Source of the DNA: an uncultured cyanobacterium
GTDB lineage: Bacteria > Cyanobacteriota > Cyanobacteriia > Cyanobacteriales > Microcystaceae
Direction of reading: 5' to 3'
Assembly (NCBI GenBank): GCA_963807635.1
Contig: CAWEDJ010000046.1
Location: forward strand, 1 to 53,626
Length of the DNA: 53,626 nucleotides
Part shown: positions 42,641 to 53,626 of the stretch, piece after piece
How the letters are laid out: the number at the start of each line of letters is the position of its first letter
How positions within the stretch are numbered: the stretch's first letter is position 1
Position numbers and translations under genes: made by a program
The notes under the pieces: model-generated
What the model was told of the DNA's origin: nothing
Databases searched by the model: none
Seen by the model: only the letters and a program-made list of their open reading frames with translations

Positions 42641-44301
42641 CTAACGAGATTCGGCTCCCACTTCGGCCAGCATTTGTTCTACGGATTCTTCCCCATCAAC
42701 ATATTCTGAATCAATCCCAAAATCGTCAGGGGCCAGACCACAGAACGGGTTCTTCTTCAAAGTTTTCGATGATCGGTGGGGAAGCGGTTTGCCATTCTAG
42801 GGTCAACGCACGCCAGGGATTGCGTCCAGCCTTTTCACCTTTCCATAAACTCCAAGCTACGTTAATAATCAAGGGAAAAGTTGAAACAGCCATAAGATAG
42901 GCTCCTAACGTACTCAACTGATTTAACGGTTGAAACTGCACATCATAGAGCGCGATCCGACGATTCATTCCCAACAAACCCAATTCGTGCATGGGTAGAA
43001 AGGTTAAGTTTAAGCCAATAAAGGTTAGGGCAAAGTGCAGACGACCCAGATTTTCATTCACCATACGTCCCGTCATTTTGGGGAACCAGTGGTAGAAACC
43101 CGAAAAGAGAGCTAAGGCACTGCCACCGAAAAGCACGTAATGGAAATGACCCACCACAAAATAGGTATCGTGGACGTGGATATCGAAGGGGACAGAAGCG
43201 ACCATGACACCCGTTAATCCCCCCATCAAAAACGAAGCTAAGAAGCCGATCGCAAACAACATGGAAGAATTAAGGCTGATTTTGCCACCCCAGAGGGTTC
43301 CACACCAGCTAAAAATCTTGATGCCCGTTGGTACAGCAATTAGCATGGTGGTCGCCATGAAAAACATTCTGAGCCAGCCAGGGGTTCCACTGGTAAACAT
43401 ATGGTGCGCCCAGACAATTAAGCCCAAGAAACTAATGGCTAGACTGGAATAGGCGATCGCGCGATAACCAAAAATCGGTTTACGGGCATGGACAGGAATT
43501 ACTTCAGAAATTACCCCAAAAAAGGGCAAAATCATAATATAAACGGCAGGATGGGAATAGAACCAGAATAAATGTTGATAAACAACTGGATCACCCCCCC
43601 CCCGTCGGATTAAAGAAACTCGTCCCCGCAATCAGATCAAAAGACAACAAAATTAAAGCGGCGGCAAGAACAGGAGTTGAAAGCAGAATCAAAGAAGAAG
43701 TCGCCAACATCGCCCAACAAAAGAGGGGCATACTGTGGAGATCCATATCAGGAATCCGCATTTTGAGGATCGTGGTGACAAAATTAATGGCTCCCAAAAT
43801 CGAAGAAGTTCCCACTAACAGAACACTTAAAATCCAAATTTCTTCCCCCCATTTACCACTAATTAAGCTCAAAGGTGGGTAAGATGTCCAACCAGATTGG
43901 GGCGCACCAACAAAAAAGCTAGAAATCAGTAAAATACCGCCTGGAGGCGTTAACCAAAAAGCCACTGCATTTAAACGAGGAAATGCCATGTCTTCAGCCC
44001 CAATCATCAAGGGAATGAGGTAATTGGCAAAAGCCGCCCCCGCAGGCACAATCCACAAAAAGATCATGATCGTACCGTGCAGGGTCATTAACTGGTTATA
44101 CAGTTCGGGAGAAACAATATCGGGATCGGGAGTCGCTAGTTCCGTCCGCATAACCTCGGCAAAGGAACCACCGATAAAAAAGAATAAAAAAGAGGTAACC
44201 AGGTATTGAATACCAATTACTTTATGGTCAGTACAAAAAGTAAAGTAGTCAGTCCATTTTCTCTTGGGATGAAGTGCTGGAAGGGTAGCTTCAGTTGACA
44301 T
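42641..44301 (-). CDS. ctaD: Cytochrome c oxidase subunit I (frameshifts at C10 43594-43603 and ~42727)
   Basis: [38 protein letters not shown]; the C-terminus continues GPYDFG...AESR* to 42641. Confidence 0.93.
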
Positions 44302-44352
44302 AATTTATGAAAAAAGATAAGAGAGAAAGCAACAATGAAAGTCAGAAGAAAA

Positions 44353-45345
44353 TTACAGCATATTGTGATCCTGGACGACAGATTTAACCTGGGCCAAGGT
44401 TGCCGAACCAATTCCCATTTCCTTAGCATAGGGAGCTAAAAATTGTCCTTCAGAGAGAGCGGCTGGACTCAACTGAGCGACAGGTTCACTTTCAGTTTTA
44501 GCAGGAGCATTGGCCAGAACCCATTCATTAAAGTCTTCTTCGGATTGAGCATAGAACATCGATTTCATCCCCCCGTGATAGGAACCACAGAGTTCGGCAC
44601 AAATGATAGGATATTCACCCTCTACGTTTGCCTTAAAGGTTAAGGTAGAATCCCGACCTGGAATAGCATCTTGTTTTAGGCGTAATTGGGGAATCCAGAC
44701 TGCATGGATGACATCTCCCGCCGTAATGTTTAACTGAACGGGACGATTGATGGGAGCGTGCAATTCCCCTGACATGATGCCTGTTTCAGGATAGTTAAAA
44801 ATCCAGGCATATTGAATGCCTTTAACATCTACGACTAGGGGCTTGACTCCATTTTTTTGGTCATCAGGGCCAGAACCGATTCCTAGTGCAACGCGGGATT
44901 GGGGAGCCATCGCCAACATATGACTATGATCATGTCCTTTATGACTGGATGCGACTTGTTCAGATTGACCATCCCCAGAATATACGGGGTCTAGACCGCC
45001 TAAATTGTTATAAACTTCAAAACTATAAACCGCTAGGATAAAAACCAAAACAGTCGGAATGGCCGTCCAGAGGATTTCTAGGGGAACGTTGCCTTCAACG
45101 GGCGGGCCATCGGTTTGATCGCCTTTGCGACGACGAAAACGAATCACACAGTAAATCAAAATTCCTTCCACTAGTAAAAAAAGACCAGTGGCGATCGTCA
45201 TCATAAAGTTGAAAATTTCATCCACTTTTGTGGCATCGCTAGAAGCGGCAACGGGCATCAGTCCATGATTTTGACCATACCAAAGGCTGATCAAGGTGAT
45301 GGCGATACCCGCAATTAAGGTAAGAATATTGCTAGGAATTTTCAC
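44353..45345 (-). CDS. ctaC: Cytochrome c oxidase subunit II
   Basis: LEILWTAIP, DVIHAVWIP, CuA motif CAELCGSYHGGM. Confidence 0.96.
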   Translation of the reverse strand: MKIPSNILTLIAGIAITLISLWYGQNHGLMPVAASSDATKVDEIFNFMMTIATGLFLLVEGILIYCVIRFRRRKGDQTDGPPVEGNVPLEILWTAIPTVLVFILAVYSFEVYNNLGGLDPVYSGDGQSEQVASSHKGHDHSHMLAMAPQSRVALGIGSGPDDQKNGVKPLVVDVKGIQYAWIFNYPETGIMSGELHAPINRPVQLNITAGDVIHAVWIPQLRLKQDAIPGRDSTLTFKANVEGEYPIICAELCGSYHGGMKSMFYAQSEEDFNEWVLANAPAKTESEPVAQLSPAALSEGQFLAPYAKEMGIGSATLAQVKSVVQDHNML

Positions 45346-45651
45346 GGCGTTTTGGATAGTATAAATTTGCCTTTATCTATAACAGGGTAAAGCAATTTCT
45401 CCATTAGGGTTGCCATGCAGACCACATTCTTCAGAGAACTTTAACTTTTATTCCCGTATTCGCGATCGCGAAAGAAAGATCCCGATCTTGTTGATTAAGT
45501 AAACTTGACTTTTTCTAGGATTTCATCTCTTAAATTGCTTAATGGGTGCAAGAATCCTAAAATAAATCTTAATTTTAACCATCCTTACCAGGCCATTCGA
45601 GTGAATCTGCGTTATTTTTAGCTTAATGCTCAAAGGACAAGGTTTCGCTTT

Positions 45652-47181
45652 ATGGTAACGCTGCTAGAAAATCCCTTTCGGGTTGGACTCCGACAAGAAA
45701 GAACACCAGAACCGCTCATTCTCATCATTTTTGGGGCATCGGGCGATCTCACCCAACGAAAACTCGTTCCTGCAATTTATCAAATGAAACGAGAACGACA
45801 ACTTCCCCCCGAATTAACCGTAGTCGGTTTTGCTAGACGGGAATGGAGCCATGAGCACTTTCGAGAACAGATGCGGCATGGCATCACAGAATTTTCCGAC
45901 GGCATTGGCAACGAAGATCTTTGGAATGATTTTGCCCAGGGACTATTCTATTTTTCTGGTGACATGGATAACCCAGAAAGTTATCAAAAACTCAAAGCAT
46001 TCTTAGAAGAATTAGACACCAAACGAGGAACTAGAGGCAATCGAGTCTTTTATTTAGCCGTATCACCCAAGTTTTTCCCGCCAGGCATTAAACAACTGGG
46101 AGCGGCAGGAATGCTAGATGATCCCATCAAAACTCGGATTGTCATCGAAAAACCCTTTGGAAAAGACCTGGGTTCCGCCCAAATCTTAAATCGGGTAGTC
46201 CAAAATGTCTGCCAAGAAGAACAGGTTTATCGCATTGACCATTATTTAGGCAAAGAAACCGTTCAAAATCTTCTCGTTTTTCGGTTTGCCAATGCCATAT
46301 TTGAACCCATCTGGAATCGTCAATTTGTCGATCACGTTCAAATCACCGTTGCAGAAACCGTTGGCGTAGAAGATCGAGCAGGTTATTATGAAACCTCTGG
46401 CGCATTGCGAGACATGGTACAAAACCATATTTTGCAACTGCTCTGTTTAACAGCAATGGAACCGCCTAATTCCCTATCAGCAGATAGTATTCGCAACGAA
46501 AAAGTTAAGGTTTTACAAGCAACCCACTTAGCAGATATTAATAATCTCGAAAAATCTGCTATTCGTGGGCAATACAAAAAGGGCTGGATGAAAGGAAAAC
46601 CTGTTCCAGGTTATCGGGAAGAGCCAGGCGTTAATCCTGAATCTGGCACTCCAACCTTCGTTGCAATGAAATTAATGATCGACAATTGGCGTTGGCAGGG
46701 GGTTCCTTTTTATCTACGGACAGGAAAACGGCTCCCCAAAAAAGTGAGTGAAATTGCTATTCAATTCCGCGATGTACCCCTACTAATTTTTCAATCCGTT
46801 GCTCACCAGACGACTCCTAATGTCTTAAGCTTACGAATTCAACCTAATGAAGGGATTTCTTTACGATTTGAAGCAAAAATGCCTGGTGCTGACCTACGGA
46901 CTCGCACCGTAGAAATGGATTTTGGCTACGGTTCATCTTTCGGGATGGCAACGGCGGAAGCCTATCACCGTTTGTTGTTGGATTGTATGTTAGGCGATCA
47001 GACCCTCTTTACCCGTGCCGACGAGGTAGAAGAAGCTTGGCGAGTGGTGACTCCTGCTCTGAGCGTTTGGGATTCGCCCGCCGATCCAACGAAGATTCCT
47101 CAATACGAAGCAGGGACTTGGAATCCCCCCGAAGCTGAAGACCTGATTAATCAAGATGGTCGTCGTTGGCGTAGGTTGTAG
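45652..47181 (+). CDS. zwf: Glucose-6-phosphate 1-dehydrogenase
   Basis: [33 protein letters not shown]. Confidence 0.98.
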   Translation: MVTLLENPFRVGLRQERTPEPLILIIFGASGDLTQRKLVPAIYQMKRERQLPPELTVVGFARREWSHEHFREQMRHGITEFSDGIGNEDLWNDFAQGLFYFSGDMDNPESYQKLKAFLEELDTKRGTRGNRVFYLAVSPKFFPPGIKQLGAAGMLDDPIKTRIVIEKPFGKDLGSAQILNRVVQNVCQEEQVYRIDHYLGKETVQNLLVFRFANAIFEPIWNRQFVDHVQITVAETVGVEDRAGYYETSGALRDMVQNHILQLLCLTAMEPPNSLSADSIRNEKVKVLQATHLADINNLEKSAIRGQYKKGWMKGKPVPGYREEPGVNPESGTPTFVAMKLMIDNWRWQGVPFYLRTGKRLPKKVSEIAIQFRDVPLLIFQSVAHQTTPNVLSLRIQPNEGISLRFEAKMPGADLRTRTVEMDFGYGSSFGMATAEAYHRLLLDCMLGDQTLFTRADEVEEAWRVVTPALSVWDSPADPTKIPQYEAGTWNPPEAEDLINQDGRRWRRL

Positions 47182-47250
47182 AATTACCTTTTTTAAATGA
47201 TAATACTTAGAAATTTCAATAAGTGAATATTTCGCTTAGATTTAGTATGG

Positions 47251-47300
47251 ATCTCCCTTAATTTTACAGATAGAGTTTGAGTAAAGAGGGAGATTTTTTT
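47251..47300. terminator. Possible hairpin terminator between convergent genes
   Basis: ATCTCCCT...AGGGAGAT followed by a T tract; long loop. Confidence 0.4.
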
Positions 47301-47389
47301 AGATAACATAACTTTAAAATTTCTGGATATTATCACTTGAGAAATCACGCTCTGGATTTTTTAGAACGGTATTTCTTTCTTGGGTAAAA

Positions 47390-48563
47390 TTAGGCTAATC
47401 GTTGTTTTAACCACAATGCTAACAAAGGCAGGGCAACTCGATAACCCAATTTAGCTCCATAAATCAAGCCTTTTTGTTCTAATCCTAATAACGCACCTTG
47501 CAAACCGCCCCCTTTAGAAAGTTGATGTTTATGGACATATTCCTTGGCGTGGGGACTATCGGTGGGATCACTGGCGAAGACTTTCTAAAACCCTGGCTTG
47601 AATGGGCGGCAATAGTAACAAGAGGGATTCAAAGGTCTGGGAAAGGTCTTGGATGAGGGCGAGGGTGCTTCGATGAACCTGATGGAATTGGATCAGATTT
47701 TTGGAAAAATTTGTTGGCAAGGGAGAGGAATTGACGTTTTTTTCTAGGGAAAGATGGTTGTCCCAATCCTCAATTCCCAAGGCTTCAACCCGATATTCCA
47801 ACCAAAGACGACGGGCTAGGGCGATCGCGTCTCCAGTGTGACCCTGTACAGAATCCAGAAATAATTCCAAGGCATCCTGTTGAAATTTCAGATTCTTTGC
47901 AGCCATCACATCAATGACCCAGGCTTGAAGTTCTTCCCGTTGCAGAGGCGCGAGGGACATCACCTTGAGATTGCTATCATTGGCCCAAATTTCGGGAACA
48001 GTGGCGAGAATGACGTAATTAATGCGACTTTGCTGTTGGACTTCTTGACGTAAGTATGCCTCCCATTGTCCTGAACGATCCCAGGAACGAATATGGGGAA
48101 AATTTTGGAAAACAAAGACCACCCGACAATCAAGTTGCTCGGCCAGCATTTGGGGAAAGGCTAATAAGGCTTGGAAAATACTCCATTCTTCCTTTTGGTT
48201 GACTTTCCAAGTTAATCGGGGAGGCTGGGCAGAAATTTTTTCAATTACTAAGGGAAAATTGCAACAAATTTTTTCGATTAATGCTAATTCATCAGGAAAA
48301 ACGGCTAATAATCCTTCTGCTAATAGAGTCAAAAATTGGGAAGAGGTCGTGGCCCGCAGACAGTCAATCTCCATGACCTTGGCCCTAACTCGTTGGGCCG
48401 CTAATTGAATCAGCGATCGCCGTCCACTCCCCGAAACCCCTGCTACCATTAAATCGCCATCTGCCGCCAAAATCTGACTAATTGCGTGAATTTCAGCTTT
48501 TCTGAGCAAAAATGAAGAATGGATATGGGGACGTTCATGAATTGGCAACAAACGAGGGATCAT
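47390..48563 (-). CDS. P-loop ATP-binding protein with winged-helix C-terminus (frameshift at ~47577)
   Basis: Degenerate Walker A GVSGSGRRS. After the shift it continues DPTDSPHAKEY..KHQLSKGGGLQGAL..LEQKGLIYG...WLKQRLA*. Confidence 0.8.
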
Positions 48564-48798
48564 CCTAAGCGTAAATTTAAACCGATATTACTAAATTACT
48601 AAATAGACCGAATACAAGCCCAAAATTTTAAGGTTTGAACTCTAAAAATCTCTCTCACCATAATACTTTTACAGACTATCACCCATTGTGATGGGTTGTA
48701 ACAAATTGTCAGGAATTTTATTTTAACTCTATTTAGTAGTATCATGGTTAACCATTAATACTGTTTTTTAGTATCGCTCCTCTAGGAAGTTGTTGACT

Positions 48799-51630
48799 AT
48801 GTCTTTGCCCCCAGATTCGACCGTGACCACCACCACACCCATTGCTTGGCATACGATCGCCGCCAATCAATCTTTGACGTTGTTAAATAGCGATCGCGAT
48901 CGGGGTTTGAGTCAAAACCAAATTGAAGAGAATCAACGGGCTTACGGCACGAACGAATTGATCGAAATGGGGGGGCGGAGTTCTTTCGATATCTTCATCG
49001 ATCAGTTCAAAAACATTATGTTGATCATGCTGATCGCGGTGGCCCTGATCTCGGCGGGTCTGGACATTCATCAGGCGATGGAAACGAAAGAGTTTATCTT
49101 TCCCAAGGATGCAGTGGCGATTTTTGTGGTGGTTTTACTGAATGGGGTTTTGGGCTATGTCCAAGAAAGCGGCGCGGAAAAAGCATTAGCGGCGTTAAAG
49201 AATTTATCTTCTTCTAAAGTGCGGGTGATTCGGGAGGGAAAAACTGAAGAAATCGACTCTAAAGATTTGGTTCCAGGGGATTTGATGTTACTCGAAGCAG
49301 GGGTCAAAGTTCCCGCCGATGGTCGCATTTTAGAAGCCGTTAACCTCCAAATTCGAGAATCTGCCCTCACAGGAGAGGCCGAAGCGGTGCTGAAACAGGC
49401 CGATTTAATTGTGAGTCAAGATAGTGCGGTGGGCGATCGCCTCAATTTAGTGTTCTCTGGTACGGAAGTGTTGCAGGGAAGAGGAACAATTCTAGTTACA
49501 GAAATCGGCATGAAAACCGAGTTGGGTAAAATTGCCGCCGCCATGCAATCGGTAGAAGCCGAACCCACTCCTTTACAAAAACGCATGACCCAATTGGGAA
49601 ATGTGCTGGTGACTGGCTCCCTCGTTCTAGTGGCGATCGTTATTGGGGTCGGAACCCTAATGAAACCCGATCTTTTTCGAGAATTAGTCGAAGTTTCCCT
49701 CAGTATGGCGGTGGCGGTGGTTCCTGAAGGGCTACCTGCGGTGATTACCGTCACTTTGGCTCTGGGAACACAACGGATGGTCAAACGCAATGCCCTGATT
49801 CGTAAATTGACTGCGGTGGAAACCCTGGGTTCTGTGACCACTATTTGCTCCGATAAAACGGGAACCCTGACCCAAAACAAAATGGTCGTACAAGCCGTTT
49901 ATACCCCAAATTGTGATCTGCGAGTGACAGGAGAAGGTTATATTCCCACAGGGGATTTTCAAACGAGTGAGTTAGAAAGTATCGAAACCGAGACCCAACC
50001 CGAATTACAGTCTTTGTTAATGGCTTGTTTGTTGTGCAATGATGCGATCTTACAAAAAGAAAATGGGGATTGGTCAATTTTAGGCGATCCCACCGAAGGA
50101 GCTTTGTTGGCCGCCGCAGGAAAAGCGGGTTTGTTTAAACATGACCGAGAACATCTGTTTCCCCGTGTAGGCGAGTTTCCTTTTTCTTCGGAACGTAAGC
50201 GCATGAGTGTGTTAGTTGCCGATGAATCCAATCAACTGAATTCCCAAGGCGTAATGATGTTTGTCAAGGGTTCCCCCGAATTAACCCTAGAACGTTGTAC
50301 CCAGATTCAAGTTGGTGGCGAGATTCAACCCCTCAGCGATTCACAACGAACCCAGATTTTAGAAAAGAATAATCAATTAGCAAGTCGAGGATTACGGGTT
50401 TTAGGCTTTGCTAGTAAGTCTTCGGGTGAAATTCCAACTACCGAAAATGAAGCAGAACAGCAATTAACTTGGTTAGGCTTAGTGGGAATGCTCGATGCGC
50501 CCCGTCCTGAAGTGCGAGATGCCGTAGAAAAATGTCGGATTGCAGGGATTCGTACCGTCATGATTACGGGAGATCATCCCCTCACCGCCCAGGCGATCGC
50601 CCAGGATTTGGGGATTGCGCTACCAGGTCATCAGAGTTTAACGGGCAAGGAACTAGAACACTTTAGTGACGCTGATTTTGATAACGTGGTTGAAGATGTC
50701 GATGTTTATGCCCGTGTTTCTCCTCAACATAAATTGCGAATTGTCCAAGCCTTACGCCGTAAACATCAAGTTGTGGCCATGACAGGGGATGGAGTGAATG
50801 ATGCCCCTGCCCTCAAACAAGCCGATATTGGGGTTGCAATGGGCATTACGGGAACGGATGTCAGTAAAGAAGCCAGTGATATGGTTTTATTAGATGATAA
50901 TTTCACAACGATTGTGGCCGCGATCGAAGAAGGTCGGGTCGTTTATTCCAATATTCGCCGTTTTATTCGCTATATTCTCGGCAGTAATATTGGGGAAGTG
51001 ATCACCATTGCGGCGGCTCCCATTCTTGGTTTAGGCGGTGTCCCTTTATCACCATTACAAATTCTCTGGATGAACTTAGTTACTGATGGGGTTCCTGCTC
51101 TAGCCCTCGCGGTTGAGCCAGGTAGTCCTCTAATTATGCAACGCGCCCCCAAGGACACCCAGGAAAGTATTTTTGCAAGGGGTTTAGGGTCTTATATGGT
51201 TCGTTTAGGGATTATTCTTGCCGTCGTTGCGATCGCCATTATGGTTTGGGCCTATGGTTATACCCCAGAACACACCCAAGGCGGAACCTTAGACCCGAAT
51301 CGCTGGAAAACCATTGTTTTTACTACTCTTTGTATTGCCCAAATGGGTCATGCAATGGCGGTTCGTTCCCTGAATCGTTTAACCATCGAAATGGATGCTT
51401 TTTCTAATCCTTTCCTGTTGATTTCCGTTCTTGTCACCACCTTATTGCAATTGCTGTTGATTTATGTAGAACCCCTACGAGACTTTTTTGGAACCCATTA
51501 TTTACCCTTTAATGAGTTAATGATTTGTTTTGGTTGTAGTGCTTTGATCTTTATTTGGATTGAATTAGAAAAAGTCGTGATTCGTTTATATCAAATGTAT
51601 CAAAGTCGTAATGTAGGAGGGAATAATTAA
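48799..51630 (+). CDS. Cation-transporting P-type ATPase (type IIA, Ca2+-ATPase-like)
   Basis: [43 protein letters not shown]. Confidence 0.96.
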   Translation: MSLPPDSTVTTTTPIAWHTIAANQSLTLLNSDRDRGLSQNQIEENQRAYGTNELIEMGGRSSFDIFIDQFKNIMLIMLIAVALISAGLDIHQAMETKEFIFPKDAVAIFVVVLLNGVLGYVQESGAEKALAALKNLSSSKVRVIREGKTEEIDSKDLVPGDLMLLEAGVKVPADGRILEAVNLQIRESALTGEAEAVLKQADLIVSQDSAVGDRLNLVFSGTEVLQGRGTILVTEIGMKTELGKIAAAMQSVEAEPTPLQKRMTQLGNVLVTGSLVLVAIVIGVGTLMKPDLFRELVEVSLSMAVAVVPEGLPAVITVTLALGTQRMVKRNALIRKLTAVETLGSVTTICSDKTGTLTQNKMVVQAVYTPNCDLRVTGEGYIPTGDFQTSELESIETETQPELQSLLMACLLCNDAILQKENGDWSILGDPTEGALLAAAGKAGLFKHDREHLFPRVGEFPFSSERKRMSVLVADESNQLNSQGVMMFVKGSPELTLERCTQIQVGGEIQPLSDSQRTQILEKNNQLASRGLRVLGFASKSSGEIPTTENEAEQQLTWLGLVGMLDAPRPEVRDAVEKCRIAGIRTVMITGDHPLTAQAIAQDLGIALPGHQSLTGKELEHFSDADFDNVVEDVDVYARVSPQHKLRIVQALRRKHQVVAMTGDGVNDAPALKQADIGVAMGITGTDVSKEASDMVLLDDNFTTIVAAIEEGRVVYSNIRRFIRYILGSNIGEVITIAAAPILGLGGVPLSPLQILWMNLVTDGVPALALAVEPGSPLIMQRAPKDTQESIFARGLGSYMVRLGIILAVVAIAIMVWAYGYTPEHTQGGTLDPNRWKTIVFTTLCIAQMGHAMAVRSLNRLTIEMDAFSNPFLLISVLVTTLLQLLLIYVEPLRDFFGTHYLPFNELMICFGCSALIFIWIELEKVVIRLYQMYQSRNVGGNN

Positions 51631-51912
51631 TAATTCCATCTATTTTCAAATTACTATTGCAATGACAATATCAGACGGGAAATATTAGAAAATAATTTTG
51701 ATTTACTGCCTTTTAGAGCCTTGGTTTAAGAAGACTTGGCAAGTAGGAGAAATCGAGTTACTGAAATAGTCCTATTCAGAATATTGTTTGATAGCTTGAC
51801 TATCCACTAGGCTGATCGCCCTTCATTCAGAGAAAGCGATCGCAGTAACTCGACAAAGGCGATCGCTATAATGAAGATAGCCTGTTTTCCTTTACGAGAA
51901 TTTTTGCCCTTT

Positions 51913-52185
51913 ATGCTAGACTTAGAAACTCTTAATATCAATAAATCTGAAAGTGTGTTAACTGGGTTGTTACAAAAGATCAATCAAGATCATTTACCTC
52001 GGTTGTTAGTGAGTAGTCAGGGGGATGCTGTGATAATTTCTAAACAAGAATGGGAAAATATTCAAGAAACGCTCTATTTGCAGTCTGTTCCAGGTTTAGT
52101 CGCATCTATCAAAGAAGCGGAAGAACATGATGATTGGGTCACAGAAGCTGAGTTTCTGGGAGCTTTAGATGACTTGGAAAGTTGA
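51913..52185 (+). CDS. Phd/YefM-family antitoxin
   Basis: AVIISKQEWENIQETLYLQSVPGLVASIKE; TATAAT at 51867-51872 upstream. Confidence 0.88.
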   Translation: MLDLETLNINKSESVLTGLLQKINQDHLPRLLVSSQGDAVIISKQEWENIQETLYLQSVPGLVASIKEAEEHDDWVTEAEFLGALDDLES

Positions 52186-52426
52186 ATTTAGTCGTAATGC
52201 CCTTAAGGATACAAAAAAATTACAGTCGGCTAATCTCTCGAAAAATGTCAAAAGTCTAATTAATATTCTTAAGAAAAATCCTTATGAACCTCCCTACGAG
52301 AAGTTATCGGGTGATTTAAAAGGGTACTATTCCCGACGAATTAATATTAAACATCGTTTAGTTTATTCTGTTGATGAAGGTACAAAAATAATTCGAGTGG
52401 TTTCTGTTTGGTCACACTATGAATAA
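52169..52426 (+). CDS. Txe/YoeB-family toxin
   Basis: PPYEKLSGDLKGYYSRRINIKHRLVY...WSHYE; overlaps the antitoxin. Confidence 0.92.
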   Translation: MTWKVEFSRNALKDTKKLQSANLSKNVKSLINILKKNPYEPPYEKLSGDLKGYYSRRINIKHRLVYSVDEGTKIIRVVSVWSHYE

Positions 52427-52651
52427 CGCGATCGCACTTCATCAGAGAAAGCGATTGCAGTAACTCGACAATGAGCAAAAAAAAGTTATCATTTCCCATA
52501 GTTGGGTTGCGTTCCTTAAGCTAACTTAGAGGATCGGCGATCGCACTGTAAATTTCATTGACATGAAGAATTCAGTATTTTTACTGAATCTATTAACAAG
52601 TTTTTATCATAAAATTAAACTAATTATAATCTTGAACTTTCACCGACACAA

Positions 52652-53158
52652 ATGAATACATCATCATTATCTCTGGCACAAGCGAATATTGACTTGACAT
52701 TATGGCAGATCGAAGCAGATTTGCTATCTACTAGTGATTTATATGCTTGGCTAATCAATAGCGGTCTTCCCAATGATGTCGCCAGCCGATTACATGAACT
52801 GATTAGTTTTACCCAAAAAGTAGGTAAGAAAGTCTTCAATATAGGAAAGATTATTTTGATTAAGATTATAGAGTTCGTCAAAGCTCATCCTTTTTTAGTT
52901 ACAGGTACAGGAATCGGTGCAGTTGTAGGAAGTGCCATTGCTGGTTTAATAACATCTATTCCTTTTCTTGGTCAATTATTAGCTCCAATTGCAGCAGCGT
53001 TAGGGTTGACAATTACTTTGGCTGGTGCTGTTATCGGTCATAATTTAGACAAGAAATTTTCATCAATAGGTGGAGATATTTTTGAAATCGTTAGTGATTT
53101 TTTTGCTCTAATGATTGATGTCTTTAATACCGTTTTTCGTCATGCCGTAATTGACTAA
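52652..53158 (+). CDS. Hypothetical glycine-zipper membrane protein
   Basis: GTGIGAVVGSAIAG...IPFLGQLLAP...GAVIGH hydrophobic hairpin. Confidence 0.75.
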   Translation: MNTSSLSLAQANIDLTLWQIEADLLSTSDLYAWLINSGLPNDVASRLHELISFTQKVGKKVFNIGKIILIKIIEFVKAHPFLVTGTGIGAVVGSAIAGLITSIPFLGQLLAPIAAALGLTITLAGAVIGHNLDKKFSSIGGDIFEIVSDFFALMIDVFNTVFRHAVID

Positions 53159-53211
53159 TTATTTCATTTAGAAAAACAGATAAACTTCTATATCATTTTT
53201 TTAAGAATATC

Positions 53212-53626
53212 ATGACAATTCAGAAACCAACAAAAGAACAGCTTTTAAAAGCTATCGAAAAACTTGAAAAGGATGACAATCTTGGCGGTTTTTTAGTTGA
53301 TGTTGGCTTAGGTGCAGTAGGCGCGGTCGGTGCGGGGGCGGCAGTTGCCGCTTTTGGGGGAACTTCAATTCTCTTCGGACTGATTACAGTTGCCCCTCCT
53401 GTTGGGTTAGTTGTTGGAGGAGCTGCTTTAGGAGGAGCCGCTTTAGTGGGGATAAAGAAAATTTTCTTTGATGGAACTTTTGATGAGGGAAAAAAGACGG
53501 AATTACTCAGGCAGTTAAAAGATCAATTAAGGGAAGTTGAAGCTAAAGAACGAGCATCTAAAATTAAAGAGTCTGATAAATCTAAATTAATTGTTCTGCT
53601 AAAGGAACCAATTAAATACGATTTAA
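53212..53626 (+). CDS. Hypothetical glycine-zipper + coiled-coil protein (3' partial)
   Basis: Open from ATG 53212 to the window end: MTIQKPTKEQLLKAIEKLEKDDNLGGFLVDVGLGAVGAVGAGAAVAAFGG...APPVGLVVGGAALGG...KKTELLRQLKDQLREVE. Confidence 0.78.
   Translation, partial: MTIQKPTKEQLLKAIEKLEKDDNLGGFLVDVGLGAVGAVGAGAAVAAFGGTSILFGLITVAPPVGLVVGGAALGGAALVGIKKIFFDGTFDEGKKTELLRQLKDQLREVEAKERASKIKESDKSKLIVLLKEPIKYDL

Larger units (their letters stand above)
51814..52471 (+). repeat. ~42-bp direct repeats (51814-51856 and 52430-52471) flanking the TA operon
   Basis: GATCGCCCTTCATTCAGAGAAAGCGATCGCAGTAACTCGACAA versus GATCGCACTTCA-TCAGAGAAAGCGATTGCAGTAACTCGACAA. Confidence 0.88.

Noticed and set aside
1..53626. 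tRNA/rRNA genes, CRISPR arrays, prophage genes
   Set aside because: None recognised by eye; tRNAscan-SE, Rfam and CRISPR finders would be needed to exclude them formally.

Overview
Cyanobacterial chromosomal DNA (frequent HIP1 octamer GCGATCGC; Chroococcales-like gene content). Core genes: dnaK, a pphA/ABC1-kinase cluster, clpS, a probable ccmS, sdhB, a class-V aminotransferase, uvrC, hisS, a B12 radical SAM protein, CheR-PAS, ctaCDE, zwf and a P-type ATPase. Mobile and accessory DNA: (1) an IS630 inserted into an LVIVD/RTX surface-protein gene; (2) a group II twintron, in which an intact RT/HNH intron (16707-19080) is inserted exactly between two codons of the RT gene of a second intron (15215-19753); (3) IS5 and IS3 elements with clear TIRs/TSDs; (4) a candidate defence/signalling locus of TPR-STAND-WD40, a decayed SLOG(LSDAT)-like remnant, SLATT/DUF4231, a stand-alone TIR and a DUF3782 nuclease-fold gene; (5) a YefM-YoeB module bracketed by ~42-bp HIP1-containing direct repeats, followed by two glycine-zipper membrane genes; (6) MITE/REP-like repeats, one of them in-frame in a coding gene. 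Many housekeeping genes carry single-base frameshifts, mostly in homopolymers; these are most likely long-read consensus errors. All family assignments come from motif recognition, not database searches.
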